Positions 37,149 to 47,900 of a stretch of 64,000 nucleotides of DNA are shown here, in pieces. This DNA comes from Lachnospiraceae bacterium UBA7050 (GTDB lineage: Bacteria > Bacillota > Clostridia > Lachnospirales > Lachnospiraceae). Under the pieces are notes generated by a model. That model saw nothing but the letters and a program-made list of their open reading frames with translations, ran no database searches and was not told where the DNA came from. The stretch is taken from NCBI GenBank assembly GCA_002493905.1, contig DLAJ01000023.1, forward strand, positions 4,375-68,374, written 5' to 3'. A program made the translations under genes and the position numbers. Numbering within the stretch: position 1 is the stretch's first letter; every line of letters begins with the position of its first letter.

Positions 37149-37233
37149 AACAGCAGGGTTTTGAGAGACAGCTGCCGATATCATTGTATTTTAGTGGTTT
37201 TGCAATTGTAACATCATAAGGAGGAAAAGAACC

Positions 37234-38070
37234 ATGGCGGAAAATCCAATATACGAAAAACTAATGAATTGTCTTGCATGCATTCGAAAGAAGACGGACT
37301 TTGTACCGAAGGTTGCATTGGTGCTCGGTTCGGGACTTGGCAATTACGGGGAAAAGATCAGGCTTGAAGCAGCAGTTCCCTATCAGGAAATCGAAGGGTT
37401 TCCAGTTTCGACTGTTGCTGGGCATAAAGGGCAATTCTTGTTTGGCTATGTCGGAGACGTACCGGTCGTCTGCATGCAGGGGCGCGTGCATTATTACGAG
37501 GGATATGATATTTCCGATGTCGTGCTTCCAATCCGGCTGATGAAACTGATGGGCGCGGAAATCCTTTTTTTAACAAATGCGTCGGGCGGGCTTCAGGACG
37601 GCATGACTGCGGGGGATTTCATGCTGATCCGCGATCATATTTCCTGTTTTGCACCGAATCCGCTGATTGGGAAAAATATGGATGAACTGGGAGAGCGTTT
37701 CCCGGATATGTCCGAGGTCTATGATCATGAACTGGCGCGTCTGATCCGCAAAAATGCGTCGTCACGGGGAATTTTGCTCAAGGAAGGTGTTTATGCGCAG
37801 CTGACCGGACCGTCGTTTGAGTCGCCTGCGGAGATTGTGATGCTGAAACGGCTCGGTGTGGACGCGGTCGGTATGAGCACGGTTGTGGAAGCGATTGCGG
37901 CAAAGCATATGGGAATGAGGATTTGCGGCATTTCCTGTATCTGTAATCTGGCGGCGGGCATCAGCAAGCATCCGCTGTCCCATGAGGAAGTACAGGCAGC
38001 GGGCAAAGCGGCGGCGCCGTTGTTTGAAGCACTGGTGAGTGCCTGTGTGGAGGATTTTGCATCATGCTGA
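37234..38070 (+). CDS. punA: purine nucleoside phosphorylase (PunA / PNP-I family)
   Basis: LVLGSGLG, STVAGHKGQFLFG, MQGRVHYYEG and GMSTVVEAI motifs. Confidence 0.9.
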   Translation: MAENPIYEKLMNCLACIRKKTDFVPKVALVLGSGLGNYGEKIRLEAAVPYQEIEGFPVSTVAGHKGQFLFGYVGDVPVVCMQGRVHYYEGYDISDVVLPIRLMKLMGAEILFLTNASGGLQDGMTAGDFMLIRDHISCFAPNPLIGKNMDELGERFPDMSEVYDHELARLIRKNASSRGILLKEGVYAQLTGPSFESPAEIVMLKRLGVDAVGMSTVVEAIAAKHMGMRICGISCICNLAAGISKHPLSHEEVQAAGKAAAPLFEALVSACVEDFASC

Positions 38071-38495
38071 CAAAAGAACAGAAAAGACAGCTGATCAGGG
38101 AAGCGCTGGAAGCGCGGGCGTATTCTTACAGCCCGTATTCGGAATATCGTGTGGGCGCGGCGCTGCTTGCGGAGGACGGCAGGATTTTCAGAGGATGCAA
38201 TATTGAAAACGCTGCTTATACACCGACGAACTGCGCAGAGCGGACGGCCGTCTTTAAGGCGGTGTCTGAGGGCTGCCGCAGCTTTTTGGCGATTGCAGTC
38301 GCCGGAGGAAAAGGGGAGAAACCGTCGGGGGACTATGCCTACCCCTGCGGCGTATGCAGGCAGGTGCTGCGTGAGTTTGTGGACCCGTCGAAATTTCTTG
38401 TGATCTGCGCGCGTTCTGAGGAAGACTGCCGGGAGTGGACGCTTGACGAAATGCTGCCGGAGAGCTTTGGACCGGCGCAGCTTGAAAAGGGATAG
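38064..38495 (+). CDS. cdd: cytidine deaminase
   Basis: Zinc motifs CAERTA and PCGVCRQ. It overlaps the punA stop by 7 nt. Confidence 0.9.
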   Translation: MLTKEQKRQLIREALEARAYSYSPYSEYRVGAALLAEDGRIFRGCNIENAAYTPTNCAERTAVFKAVSEGCRSFLAIAVAGGKGEKPSGDYAYPCGVCRQVLREFVDPSKFLVICARSEEDCREWTLDEMLPESFGPAQLEKG

Positions 38496-38594
38496 AAGGA
38501 TGAGACCTGATGGGACACGACGGCGTTGTCCGCAGATCATGAGGGTGTGTTGGAAGCTTTTGCATTTATGAGGGATAAAAGAGGAGGCGCGTCT

Positions 38595-39944
38595 GTGAAT
38601 CTGCGTTTTTACCATGCCTTTGTGCTGACAATGGAAGAACAGGAGAAAGAATGCGGTGATCGCGAGCTTTGGATTCGCGATGACCGTATCGTCTATATCG
38701 GTCACCCGGCGGATGAGGAGGAGAGGGCGCAGGCTATGAAGCGCTGTCAGATATTGCCGCACGGATTTCACCGTGAAATCGACTGTGCAGGCGATGTATT
38801 GATGCCCGGGTTTCAGAACGCGCATGCGCATTCCGGCATGACGCTTTTGCGCTCCGCTGCGGATGATCTGCCGCTTTCCGAATGGCTGAACCAACAGATT
38901 TTTCCACGTGAGGCAATGCTGACTCCCCAGGACATCAAAACATTGACAAAACTTGCCATTATGGAGTATGTTTCGGGCGGCATCACCTCTGTGTTTGATA
39001 TGTATCTGGCGCCGGATGAGACTGCGGAGGCGTTTATCGAGACTGGAATGCGCTGCGTCCAGTGCGGTACTGTCAATACGTTCACGCATTCCGTTTCGCA
39101 GCTGGAAGACTTTTATCTGCGTCTGAATGAACTTCACCCGTTGATGGGATACCGTCTCGGCTTTCATGCCGAGTATACGACGGATTTCAAGCTGCTTAAG
39201 CAGATCGCCGCTTTATCCGAAAAGTATAAAGCGCCTGTATATATGCATTTATCGGAGACGGAAAGAGAAGTTGCGGAATGCAGGGAACGCTATGGCAGAT
39301 CACCGGTGGCATTTCTCGAGTCCATCGGCATGTTTGAACATGGCGGCGCAGGCTATCACTGCGTTCATGTGTCCGATGAGGATATGGAGATTCTCGCCGA
39401 AAAGAATGTCGGTGTTGTGACGAATCCGGCGTCTAACATGAAACTGGTAAGCGGTATTGCCCCGGTTGCAGAGATGGTAAAGCGGGGAATTTGTATCGCA
39501 GTCGGCACGGATGGTCCTGCAAGCAACAACAGCCTTGATTTTTTCAAGGAAATGTACCTGCTTTCCGTACTTGCGAAATGGCGGGAAAAAGAACCTGCGG
39601 CGGTATCACCGATGCAGATTCTAAGGATGGCGTGCATAAACGGCGCGCGTGTCATGGGACTGCCTGACTGCGGCTGTCTGAGGGAGGGCGCGAAAGCCGA
39701 CATGATCCGTATTAATATGAAGCAGCCGGAAATGCGTCCGCTGCATGGAACGGGAAGTGGAAAGCTGGAAGCGGAAAAGTTTGCGGCGAATCTGGTCTAC
39801 AGCGGCAGTAAGCGGGATGTGTGCATGACGATGGTGGACGGCAGGATTCTATATGAGAACGGGCAGTATGAGCTGAATCTGAGCAAAGACAATCTGTATG
39901 AACAGGTGGAACGGATCGCGGACCGGATCGTGCGCGGAAAATGA
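38595..39944 (+). CDS. amidohydrolase family nucleoside/nucleobase deaminase (MtaD / chlorohydrolase-like)
   Basis: Metal motif NAHAHSGMTLLRSAADDLPLSEWL, HLSET, and GTDGPASNNSLD. The GTG at 38595 is 7 nt after AGGAGG. The track ORF starts at TTG 38526. Confidence 0.7.
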   Translation: MNLRFYHAFVLTMEEQEKECGDRELWIRDDRIVYIGHPADEEERAQAMKRCQILPHGFHREIDCAGDVLMPGFQNAHAHSGMTLLRSAADDLPLSEWLNQQIFPREAMLTPQDIKTLTKLAIMEYVSGGITSVFDMYLAPDETAEAFIETGMRCVQCGTVNTFTHSVSQLEDFYLRLNELHPLMGYRLGFHAEYTTDFKLLKQIAALSEKYKAPVYMHLSETEREVAECRERYGRSPVAFLESIGMFEHGGAGYHCVHVSDEDMEILAEKNVGVVTNPASNMKLVSGIAPVAEMVKRGICIAVGTDGPASNNSLDFFKEMYLLSVLAKWREKEPAAVSPMQILRMACINGARVMGLPDCGCLREGAKADMIRINMKQPEMRPLHGTGSGKLEAEKFAANLVYSGSKRDVCMTMVDGRILYENGQYELNLSKDNLYEQVERIADRIVRGK

Positions 39945-40023
39945 GTATGAGTATGTTCAGGAAACATGGATGGCAGCTTGTATGCCGCGGCATTTCAGAA
40001 ATATGGATTTAGGGAGAGCATCA

Positions 40024-41712
40024 ATGGAAGTCATTGTTTTTTTAGGAGTGTTGGTTGTATTTTTGATCGGGTTTTATATCAAAGGAATGCTGGACTTCAG
40101 AAAACGCCTGAAAGAGTTCGAGCAGCGTCTGAGAACGGAATACGGACAGCCGCGCAGCAATGTCAAAGTGCCGGAACGTTATGCGTATATTGGCAGATAT
40201 TTTGAAAAGCACCGCAAACCGTACGCAGTGGACGATATTACCTGGAATGACTTAAACATGGATAAGCTCTATCAGAGAGTGGATTATGCGCATTCCTCCT
40301 GCGGCGAGGAATACTTGTATTACCGGCTCCGCTGCCCGGACATGTCAAAAAAAGACCGGCTGCACGAGGATGAGGAGCAAATGATCGGATATCTGCAGGA
40401 ACACGAGGAAGAACGTGTGCGTTTACAGATGATGTTTGCCAAAATCGGATATACTGGTAAATATTCGCTTTATCAGTATCTGGATTTTCTGGATAATCTT
40501 GGAGAACGCAGTAATACCAAACATTATATCGGACTCGTCCTGTATGTAGTGGCGGCGGCTGCCGCACTGTTTTTCTCTCCATCCGCGGGGCTTGCGCTGT
40601 TTGTAATCCTCATGATCTATCAGATTGCTACTTATCTGAAAGAGCACAGTGAAAATGAACCATATCTTGTCAGTTTTGCGTTTATCCTGCGTTTTATTTC
40701 CAGCGTGGAGACGCTGACAGAGCATCCGGCAGAAGGAATGAAGGCGTATATTGAAAGCATGACGGAAAATGCAAAATCGCTGCGGCCGGTCACGCGCCAC
40801 GCTTTTTTTCTGTCAAAAGCGAATACCCAGCAGGGTGATATTATGTCGTCCCTCATGGATTATATCAAAATGATCACGCATATGAATCTGATATCCTTTA
40901 ATTCCATGCTGTCTGCCGTGCGGAAAAAGACAAAGGAGATCGATCTGCTCTACACGCAGGCGGGGTACCTGGAGTATCTGCTTGTTGTGGGAGAATACAG
41001 AAAAAGTCTTACTCATTGCTGCGTTCCCAAGTTTCATGAGAACGGCAGTTTTGTATGTGAGAAATTGTATCATCCCCTGATTGAGCAGCCGGTGTCCTGT
41101 AGTTTTTCGGCGAAGGGCGGCGTGCTGGTGACCGGATCAAACGCGTCAGGGAAATCGACGTTCTTAAAATCCGTTGCGCTGAATGCCATTCTGGCGCAGA
41201 GCATGAATACGGTACTTGCTGAATATTGTGAGACCTCGTACTGCCGTGTATATTCTTCGATGGCGCTTCGGGATGACTTGGACAGCGGCGAAAGTTACTA
41301 TATGGTGGAGATACGGGCGCTGAAGCGGATTTTAGATGCGTCGAAGGAGAAAGAGGCCGGGCAGGTATTCTGCTTTATCGACGAGGTGCTTCGCGGAACA
41401 AACACGGTGGAGCGGATTGCGGCGTCCACGCAGATCATGAAATATTTTGCCCAAAATGGTGTCCGGTGCTTTGCGGCGACACATGATATCGAACTGTCCC
41501 ATCTGTTGGAAGCGGAATACGATAATTATCACTTTGAGGAGGACGTTTCGGAGGGTGATATTCACTTTAACTATGAATTGCGGAGCGGGCGCGCGACGAC
41601 GCGGAATGCGATCAGGCTTTTAGAGATCATGGGGTATGAAGAAAAGATCATTGAGCGCGCGGAGCAGCTTGCCGAGAACTTCGTGGCAACCGGCGTTTGG
41701 GAAAATACCTGA
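40024..41712 (+). CDS. MutS-related ATPase (MutS domain V only) with an N-terminal membrane region
   Basis: Walker A GSNASGKSTFLKS and the MutS-type FIDEVLRGTNTVERIA and ATHD motifs. Hydrophobic segments are present (VIVFLGVLVVFLIGFYI, LVLYVVAAAAALFF, LALFVILMIYQI). No mismatch-binding or Smr domain is evident. Confidence 0.7.
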   Translation: MEVIVFLGVLVVFLIGFYIKGMLDFRKRLKEFEQRLRTEYGQPRSNVKVPERYAYIGRYFEKHRKPYAVDDITWNDLNMDKLYQRVDYAHSSCGEEYLYYRLRCPDMSKKDRLHEDEEQMIGYLQEHEEERVRLQMMFAKIGYTGKYSLYQYLDFLDNLGERSNTKHYIGLVLYVVAAAAALFFSPSAGLALFVILMIYQIATYLKEHSENEPYLVSFAFILRFISSVETLTEHPAEGMKAYIESMTENAKSLRPVTRHAFFLSKANTQQGDIMSSLMDYIKMITHMNLISFNSMLSAVRKKTKEIDLLYTQAGYLEYLLVVGEYRKSLTHCCVPKFHENGSFVCEKLYHPLIEQPVSCSFSAKGGVLVTGSNASGKSTFLKSVALNAILAQSMNTVLAEYCETSYCRVYSSMALRDDLDSGESYYMVEIRALKRILDASKEKEAGQVFCFIDEVLRGTNTVERIAASTQIMKYFAQNGVRCFAATHDIELSHLLEAEYDNYHFEEDVSEGDIHFNYELRSGRATTRNAIRLLEIMGYEEKIIERAEQLAENFVATGVWENT

Positions 41713-41727
41713 AAAGGGAGATGCGAC

Positions 41728-42207
41728 ATGATGAAAGTAACGATTTATACGGACGGTGCGGCAAGAGGAAATCCGGACGGACCGGGCGGTTACGGGACGC
41801 TGCTGCGCTGCGTGGATGCAAAGGGAACCGTTCATGAAAGGGAATACAGCGCAGGCTATAAAAAAACAACGAATAACCGCATGGAGCTGATGGCGGCGAT
41901 TGCCGGTTTAGAGGCGCTGACAAAGCCGTGTGATGTGACGCTCTATTCGGATTCGAAATATCTGACCGACGCGTTTAATCAGAACTGGGTTGGAAGCTGG
42001 CTCAGGAACGGGTGGAAAAACAGTCAGAAACAGCCTGTGAAAAATGTGGATTTGTGGAAGCGGCTCTTAGCGGCGGCCAATCCTCATCAGGTGACATATG
42101 TCTGGGTGAAAGGACACGCGGGGCATCCTGAAAATGAGCGCTGCGATTTCCTTGCGACGACGGCGGCGGACGGTAAGGATTTGCTTGACGATTCGCCCTC
42201 AGAATGA
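41728..42207 (+). CDS. rnhA: ribonuclease HI
   Basis: IYTDGAARGNPGPGGYG, NNRMEL, SDSKY and GHAGHPENERCD motifs. Confidence 0.9.
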   Translation: MMKVTIYTDGAARGNPDGPGGYGTLLRCVDAKGTVHEREYSAGYKKTTNNRMELMAAIAGLEALTKPCDVTLYSDSKYLTDAFNQNWVGSWLRNGWKNSQKQPVKNVDLWKRLLAAANPHQVTYVWVKGHAGHPENERCDFLATTAADGKDLLDDSPSE

Positions 42208-42283
42208 TATGCTATGTAGAAGGTGGAAATTGCTTTTATATCTTGTTTTCATTACATGATGCATGGAGAGGGGATGACAGGAC

Positions 42284-42463
42284 GTGGGTAATGTAGTCGA
42301 GTTTTTAAGAATGTTCTTTAGCTATGTACTTGTATTTATCGTATATGTCGCAGTTGCAGGGGTCGGCATTTTCTGCGGGCTCATGTGGAATAAGAAAAAG
42401 AGTGCTAAATCTGTTGCTGGATCAGGCGATGGGGCCGGCAAAGACCGGAACGAGCAGGCATAA
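42284..42463 (+). CDS. small (59 aa) single-TM protein, not in the ORF track (hypothetical)
   Basis: The GTG at 42284 (SD GGAGAGGGG 10 nt upstream) or the in-frame ATG at 42311. The sequence ..FFSYVLVFIVYVAVAGVGIFCGLMW is followed by a basic/acidic tail. A strong terminator follows at 42485-42522. Confidence 0.4.
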   Translation: MGNVVEFLRMFFSYVLVFIVYVAVAGVGIFCGLMWNKKKSAKSVAGSGDGAGKDRNEQA

Positions 42464-42484
42464 ATGAATGCTCTTTACAGAGGC

Positions 42485-42522
42485 AAAAAGGTTCACCTCC
42501 AAAACCGGGTGAACCTTTTTTT
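42485..42522 (+). terminator. rho-independent terminator
   Basis: GGTTCACC/GGTGAACC stem flanked by A5 and T7 runs. Confidence 0.8.
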
Positions 42523-42594
42523 CAGCGCATGGGGCTGTGCAAGTGAACTTTGTTATGAGACCGATAGTTATAAAATCCGGGAAGGGGGGTTAGG

Positions 42595-43593
42595 ATGCCG
42601 AAATCAGAGCAGCAAAAGGCAAAACTGTTATATCTGTTACAATTATTGAAAGAACGTTCCGATGAGGCGCATCCGGTTCCTGCGAAGGCGATGATCGACT
42701 ATCTTGCTGCGAGGGATATCCGCGTTGAGCGAAAGACGATTTATGCTGATATTGAGGTGCTGCGTGAATTTGGATATGACATCATCTTAAACCGTTCCAA
42801 AAAAGGCGGGGGTTACTATCTTGCCGAAAGGGAATTTGAGCTGCCGGAGCTGAAGCTTCTTGTTGATCTGGTGCAGTCTTCAAAGTTTATCACACAGAAA
42901 AAATCGCGTGAATTTATTAAGAAGCTGGAAGGCTTTGCAAGTGTGTATGAGGCCAGACAGCTCCAAAGACAGGTGTTTGTCGCTAACCGCGTCAAAACAG
43001 AGAATGAGAGTATCTATTATCTGGTGGACGAGATTTACCGTGCGATCGACACCGGCTGCATGATTGCATTCCAGTATGTGGAGATGACGCCGGATAAAAA
43101 AGAACGCCTGAAGCGCGGGGGGAAAACATACAAAGTGAGTCCCTGGGCACTGACATGGAATGACGACTGTTATTATCTGATCGCATATGATCATGAGGCG
43201 GGTATCATCAAACACTACAGGGTGGACCGCATGCACCGGATTACGCTGCTTACAGAGGCGCGCAAGGGGCAGGATGAGTTTCGCGCATTTGACCCGGCGG
43301 CATATTGTAAAAAGACGTTCCGGATGTTCGCGGGAGAAGAGGAAGTTGTGACGCTGCGCTTTGAGGAGAGCTACAGCGGCATCGTGTTTGACCGCTTTGG
43401 AAAAGAGATTCCGCTCCACAGGAAAGCGGACGGGCAGTTTACGATTTCTGTGCCGATCATGGTGAGCAATCAGTTTTTTGGATGGCTTGCGGGACTCGGA
43501 ACGGGTGTGCGCGTGGAAGCGCCCGCGCGTGTGGTGGAAGAATATCAATTGTTTTTGAAACGGATATTAAGCCAGTATGAGAAGTCAATCTAA
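42595..43593 (+). CDS. HTH + WYL domain transcriptional regulator
   Basis: An N-terminal wHTH (LLYLLQLLKERSDEAHPV..), then a WYL-type core (YKVSPWALTWNDDCYYLIAYDHEAGIIKHYRVDRM) and a C-terminal WCX-like extension. Confidence 0.8.
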   Translation: MPKSEQQKAKLLYLLQLLKERSDEAHPVPAKAMIDYLAARDIRVERKTIYADIEVLREFGYDIILNRSKKGGGYYLAEREFELPELKLLVDLVQSSKFITQKKSREFIKKLEGFASVYEARQLQRQVFVANRVKTENESIYYLVDEIYRAIDTGCMIAFQYVEMTPDKKERLKRGGKTYKVSPWALTWNDDCYYLIAYDHEAGIIKHYRVDRMHRITLLTEARKGQDEFRAFDPAAYCKKTFRMFAGEEEVVTLRFEESYSGIVFDRFGKEIPLHRKADGQFTISVPIMVSNQFFGWLAGLGTGVRVEAPARVVEEYQLFLKRILSQYEKSI

Positions 43594-43737
43594 TAGTAAA
43601 CCCGCGCCGGACGAAGCGGAACGCAGGCGTGGGCGGTAATAGTGATTTTAGGGTAGGAAGACCGGAAAAACATAAACATAAATAAGGCTGCGCAGCAAAC
43701 GGATAATCCGGAGCGGCCGTTTAGGAAGGAACAGGGT

Positions 43738-44913
43738 ATGAAAATTGAATTTGCTAAAAGAATGGACAACTTTGAAGAGGGCATCTTTCAGGTGCTGAAT
43801 GAAAAGCGCTTTGCGCTGGAGGAAGAGGGCCGCAAAGTGTATAATCTTTCGGTCGGAACGCCGGACTTTCCGGTGCCGGAACACATTATGAATGCGGTTG
43901 TAGAAGCGGCAAAAAAGCCGGAAAATTATAAGTATGCCCTGCGTGATCTGCCAGAGCTGATCGATGCGGTGAAGCAAAGATATCAGAACCGCTACGGCGT
44001 GACGCTGGCTGACGAAGAGATTACTTCTGTTTATGGCTCGCAGGAGGGGATCACGCATATTGCGCTTCCGCTTTGTAATCCGGGCGATGTCGTTCTTGTA
44101 CCGAATCCGGGATATCAGATTTTCTCCATCGGACCGGAATTGTGCGGCGCGGAGACTGCCGCGTATGATCTGATCGAAGAGAATGGATATCTGCCAGATT
44201 TATCGGCAATCCCGGAGGAACTGCTGAAACGGGTCAAATTTATGATGATTTCATATCCGCTTAACCCTGTCTGCAAATGCGCGCCGGAAAGCTTTTATGA
44301 GGAGGTCATTGCATGGGCGAAAAAGCACCACATTGTCCTTGTGCATGATAACGCGTATTCCGACATCATTTATGACGGAGTGCCCGGACGTTCGATTCTT
44401 TCTTATGAAGGAGCAAAAGAAGTTGCGGTTGAGTTTTACTCGCTGTCAAAGTCATTTAATTATACGGGCGCGAGAGTGAGCTTTCTGACCGGAAACGCAG
44501 AAATCGTGCAGCGCTTTAAGCGTCTGCGCAGTCAGATTGACTATGGCACGTTCCTGCCGGTACAATATGGTGCGATCGCAGCGCTGACCGGTCCGGATGA
44601 GATGGTAAAAGAACAATGCGCAGCGTATCAGGAACGGAGGGACGCACTCTGTGGAGGACTGCGTGCGATTGGCTGGAATATTCCTGACAGCGAGGGGACG
44701 ATGTTCGCATGGGGGAAAATTCCCGAACGCTTTGGAGACGACGATACAGCATTCGTTATGGAACTGATGGAAAAAACAGGCGTGCTCTGCACGCCCGGAA
44801 GCAGCTTCGGTCCGCTGGGAAGGGGACATGTGCGCTTCGCACTTGTGCTTCCCGCGGAGCAGATACGCGAAGCTGTGAAAGTAATTGATGAAAGCGGAAT
44901 CCTGAAATCGTGA
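43738..44913 (+). CDS. class I/II PLP-dependent aminotransferase
   Basis: NLSVGTPDFP, NPGYQIF, the PLP-lysine context YSLSKSFNYTGARV, and RFAL. Confidence 0.85.
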   Translation: MKIEFAKRMDNFEEGIFQVLNEKRFALEEEGRKVYNLSVGTPDFPVPEHIMNAVVEAAKKPENYKYALRDLPELIDAVKQRYQNRYGVTLADEEITSVYGSQEGITHIALPLCNPGDVVLVPNPGYQIFSIGPELCGAETAAYDLIEENGYLPDLSAIPEELLKRVKFMMISYPLNPVCKCAPESFYEEVIAWAKKHHIVLVHDNAYSDIIYDGVPGRSILSYEGAKEVAVEFYSLSKSFNYTGARVSFLTGNAEIVQRFKRLRSQIDYGTFLPVQYGAIAALTGPDEMVKEQCAAYQERRDALCGGLRAIGWNIPDSEGTMFAWGKIPERFGDDDTAFVMELMEKTGVLCTPGSSFGPLGRGHVRFALVLPAEQIREAVKVIDESGILKS

Positions 44914-44919
44914 GCATCT

Positions 44920-47900
44920 TTACGGTGCTGCCTTGGACAGCGAATCGATCACATCGTCAGGTACCGTGAGATTTTCGTCAGGCACAGATTCCCGGAAGTG
45001 CAGTTCCGCACTTAAGGATACCGGTACGTCTGCAACGATCACTTTGACGCTGCCGAAACAGGAAAAGCGGATATTTTCTATGCCTTTGTCTGTGATCGTG
45101 ATCTGAATCGACCCGCTTCCTAATGTGGCGGAAAGATTCTCCATGTCTGGAAGAATGGTATGGGCCGCCTGCGCCATGCCGTTTTCATCCAAAGTAAGCA
45201 GGTAGGTATAAATTCCGTCGTTCTCGGTGCATTCGATCTCTCCGTTGACGCAAAGCTGATAAGCCAGTGACAACAGATGTTCAGGAGAGGAGAGTTCCGG
45301 TTCGGCGGTGTTATCCCGGTTTCCGGAACTGTTATACACATTTCCGTTTGATAAATAATAAGTATGGTCGTTTTTCCGGATACTGTTGACTTCAAGGCCG
45401 TTTGCATGAATGCGGTTCCATACCAGTTCATCGTTTAGTACCAACGGACCGCAGTCGGCAGCGAGAGATACATCGGCGGTCAGCGGCTCTCTTGCATTCA
45501 GATCGATCCATGATTCTAACAGCCGGAATACCGCGTCGTCTGTGACGGGTTCTGTTTTTTTCGCACCGGAAATCTGTTCCCGGATACGTTGAGGAAGTTC
45601 CACATCAGAACTGTTTTTGTCTGTAACTGTAAGAACCGCAGTGATGGCGATTGGGGTATTCTCATCATCGGAACATAGACCATCAGCATGAAAACGCAGT
45701 TCCGCCAATTCTCCGCCGCGCTTCACAAGAACGATTTCCATCGGATTCGCATGGGACAAATCGCCCGCGGCCGACGGAAGCAGGTTTTCTAAAATAGAAA
45801 GTGCGGTGTCTCCGTCAACGGTCACACTGTAAATCCGTTCTCCCTGATTTTTGAACACAGAAATGTCAGAACCCTTATACAGTGCAATGACGTCGCTCAG
45901 CAGATTGGGATAGTCGGGAAATGATCCGTTCATCTCAAAAGACTGTCCGTTTTCCAAATAGACCAGTCCCTCACAGTAGTAGAATGACGCTCCGTACTGC
46001 TCGGCGCAGATGACCCGTTTTCCTTCCGACTGCGATCTGGTGATCAGTGTTTCCATGTGGTGGTGCTGGTTGTCTATCTGTGTTTCTAAAGTCAGATGCG
46101 TAGTCAGATTTTCTTTCCCATCATATTTTTTTAGCAAAAAGTAGACATCCAGACTATCTTTCAGCCCTGAGAAAAGGAAAATCAGAATGCCTGCTGCGAT
46201 TCCCGCGGTCAGAATACCAAGGGCAATGAGCAGACCTTTGCGGCGTTTTTTTCTGATTTTAAGAGGGGCGGCAGAAACGTCCTGTGCCGTGTCGTTTCGC
46301 ACTGCGTCATTTTGTGCTGCACCGTCCTGCGGTGCGTCATTCTCATTTTGTGCCGTGCCGTCCTGCGCTGTGTCTGCAGCGCATTCCGCTGCTTTTCTGC
46401 GGCGGTGATGCTTTACAATTCCGAAAGTGAGACAAGAGATCAGAGCCGCAGCCAGGGCAAAAACAGCAATCAAAACCGGCCAGTTCGCCGATTGAGAGAC
46501 GACGGCAATTTCCAGCGTCGGGCCGGAGACGGTAGTCAGCAGATAGCTGCCGGCATTTTCGGTGTCCAGCTTTACCCATCCGTTTTGATTTCGCGCATAG
46601 AGTTCCAAACCGTCGCTATCTCCGGTGGGGGACAAGTAACGGATGATATGTGTATTCGAGTCAAGACCATCCAGCTGCCATGTTTCTGTGAGTTTGCGGC
46701 GGCTGAAAAATGTACTGCTGAAAAGTTCTGAAGCTTCATTTTCAGGAACATTCGTTTTTACCGCAGTGAAAATATCCTCGTCGCGGAACAGCCCCTCGGC
46801 TAAAAAGACGTAGCGCCCGTCGTCACGCTTTGCATCGCAGGCGAGGGTGGAAATATATTGGGTATAAACAGCAGTGACATCCGTATCAAATGTCAGACTG
46901 GTTAAGTCCTGGATATCCCATGTGCCGAAGCTGCCATTTAGAGGCGGGATGTCTGGGAAAATGTCTTCGCTAAAAGAGTCGCCATAATCAAATGTTACTT
47001 TTTTTAGAATTCGATCCTGAGCCAGGAAGCGCAGGGTGAGGTGCTTAAACTCACTGGGAAGTCCCTCTACCTGAAGCAGGCTGGAATAATTCATTGCTTC
47101 CGCCTGACCGGAAAGGCTGACGCGGTCCAGACCTGCCAGATCATCGGACACAAAATAATTATCCTGAAAGGCTCCCTGAACACTGCCGGAGACAGCTCCG
47201 GCGTATTGGTCATAATCTGTGATCTGCACGAAAGAATAACAGCGGGAGACTGTTCCGCCGGAATCATCGGAGGAAGCAGCTGCACCGGTGATTCCACCGA
47301 TATAGTCTCCACCGGAGAGCCAGCACTTGGCAAAGCAGTCCTGAATGGTTCCGCCGGAAAAGCCGGTAATGCCTCCTACATAGTCCCCTGATTCGCTGCT
47401 GATGGTTCCGTAGCCTTCACAGCAGATAATAAGTCCCAAGTCCGAAAGACCGCAGATTCCGCCCGTATAATCGCGGCGGCCGGTGACAGAACCGTAATTG
47501 ATGCATTTTTGTAATATCGCTTTTAGTTCATATTCCCGGCGGTAGAGCGGTACATCGGAAGACAGATCGTCCTCCGGGTCCAGCGCGTATTCTACTGCCA
47601 TGGAACCAGCGATGCCGCCCGTATTGATATCTCCTGCGACGCCGGCATAATTGATGCAGGAGAGAATTTTGCCGCTTGTCACCGCATTGATATCCTCCAG
47701 TGAGGTGTCGGATAAAAGATCCTGGCCGGAGCCGGATTCTATCCCGTAAACGGCGTCAAAAATGGTATTCATGGTCTGATTCAGCTGGGTGTTGACGGCA
47801 CGAAGATCGTCAGTCAGCGTGCCGGAAGTGCTGTCAATCATGAGATTCAGTGTTTCCATCTGTTGGCTGAGTTGTTTCATGGAGTCTAAAAGCGCGTCTG

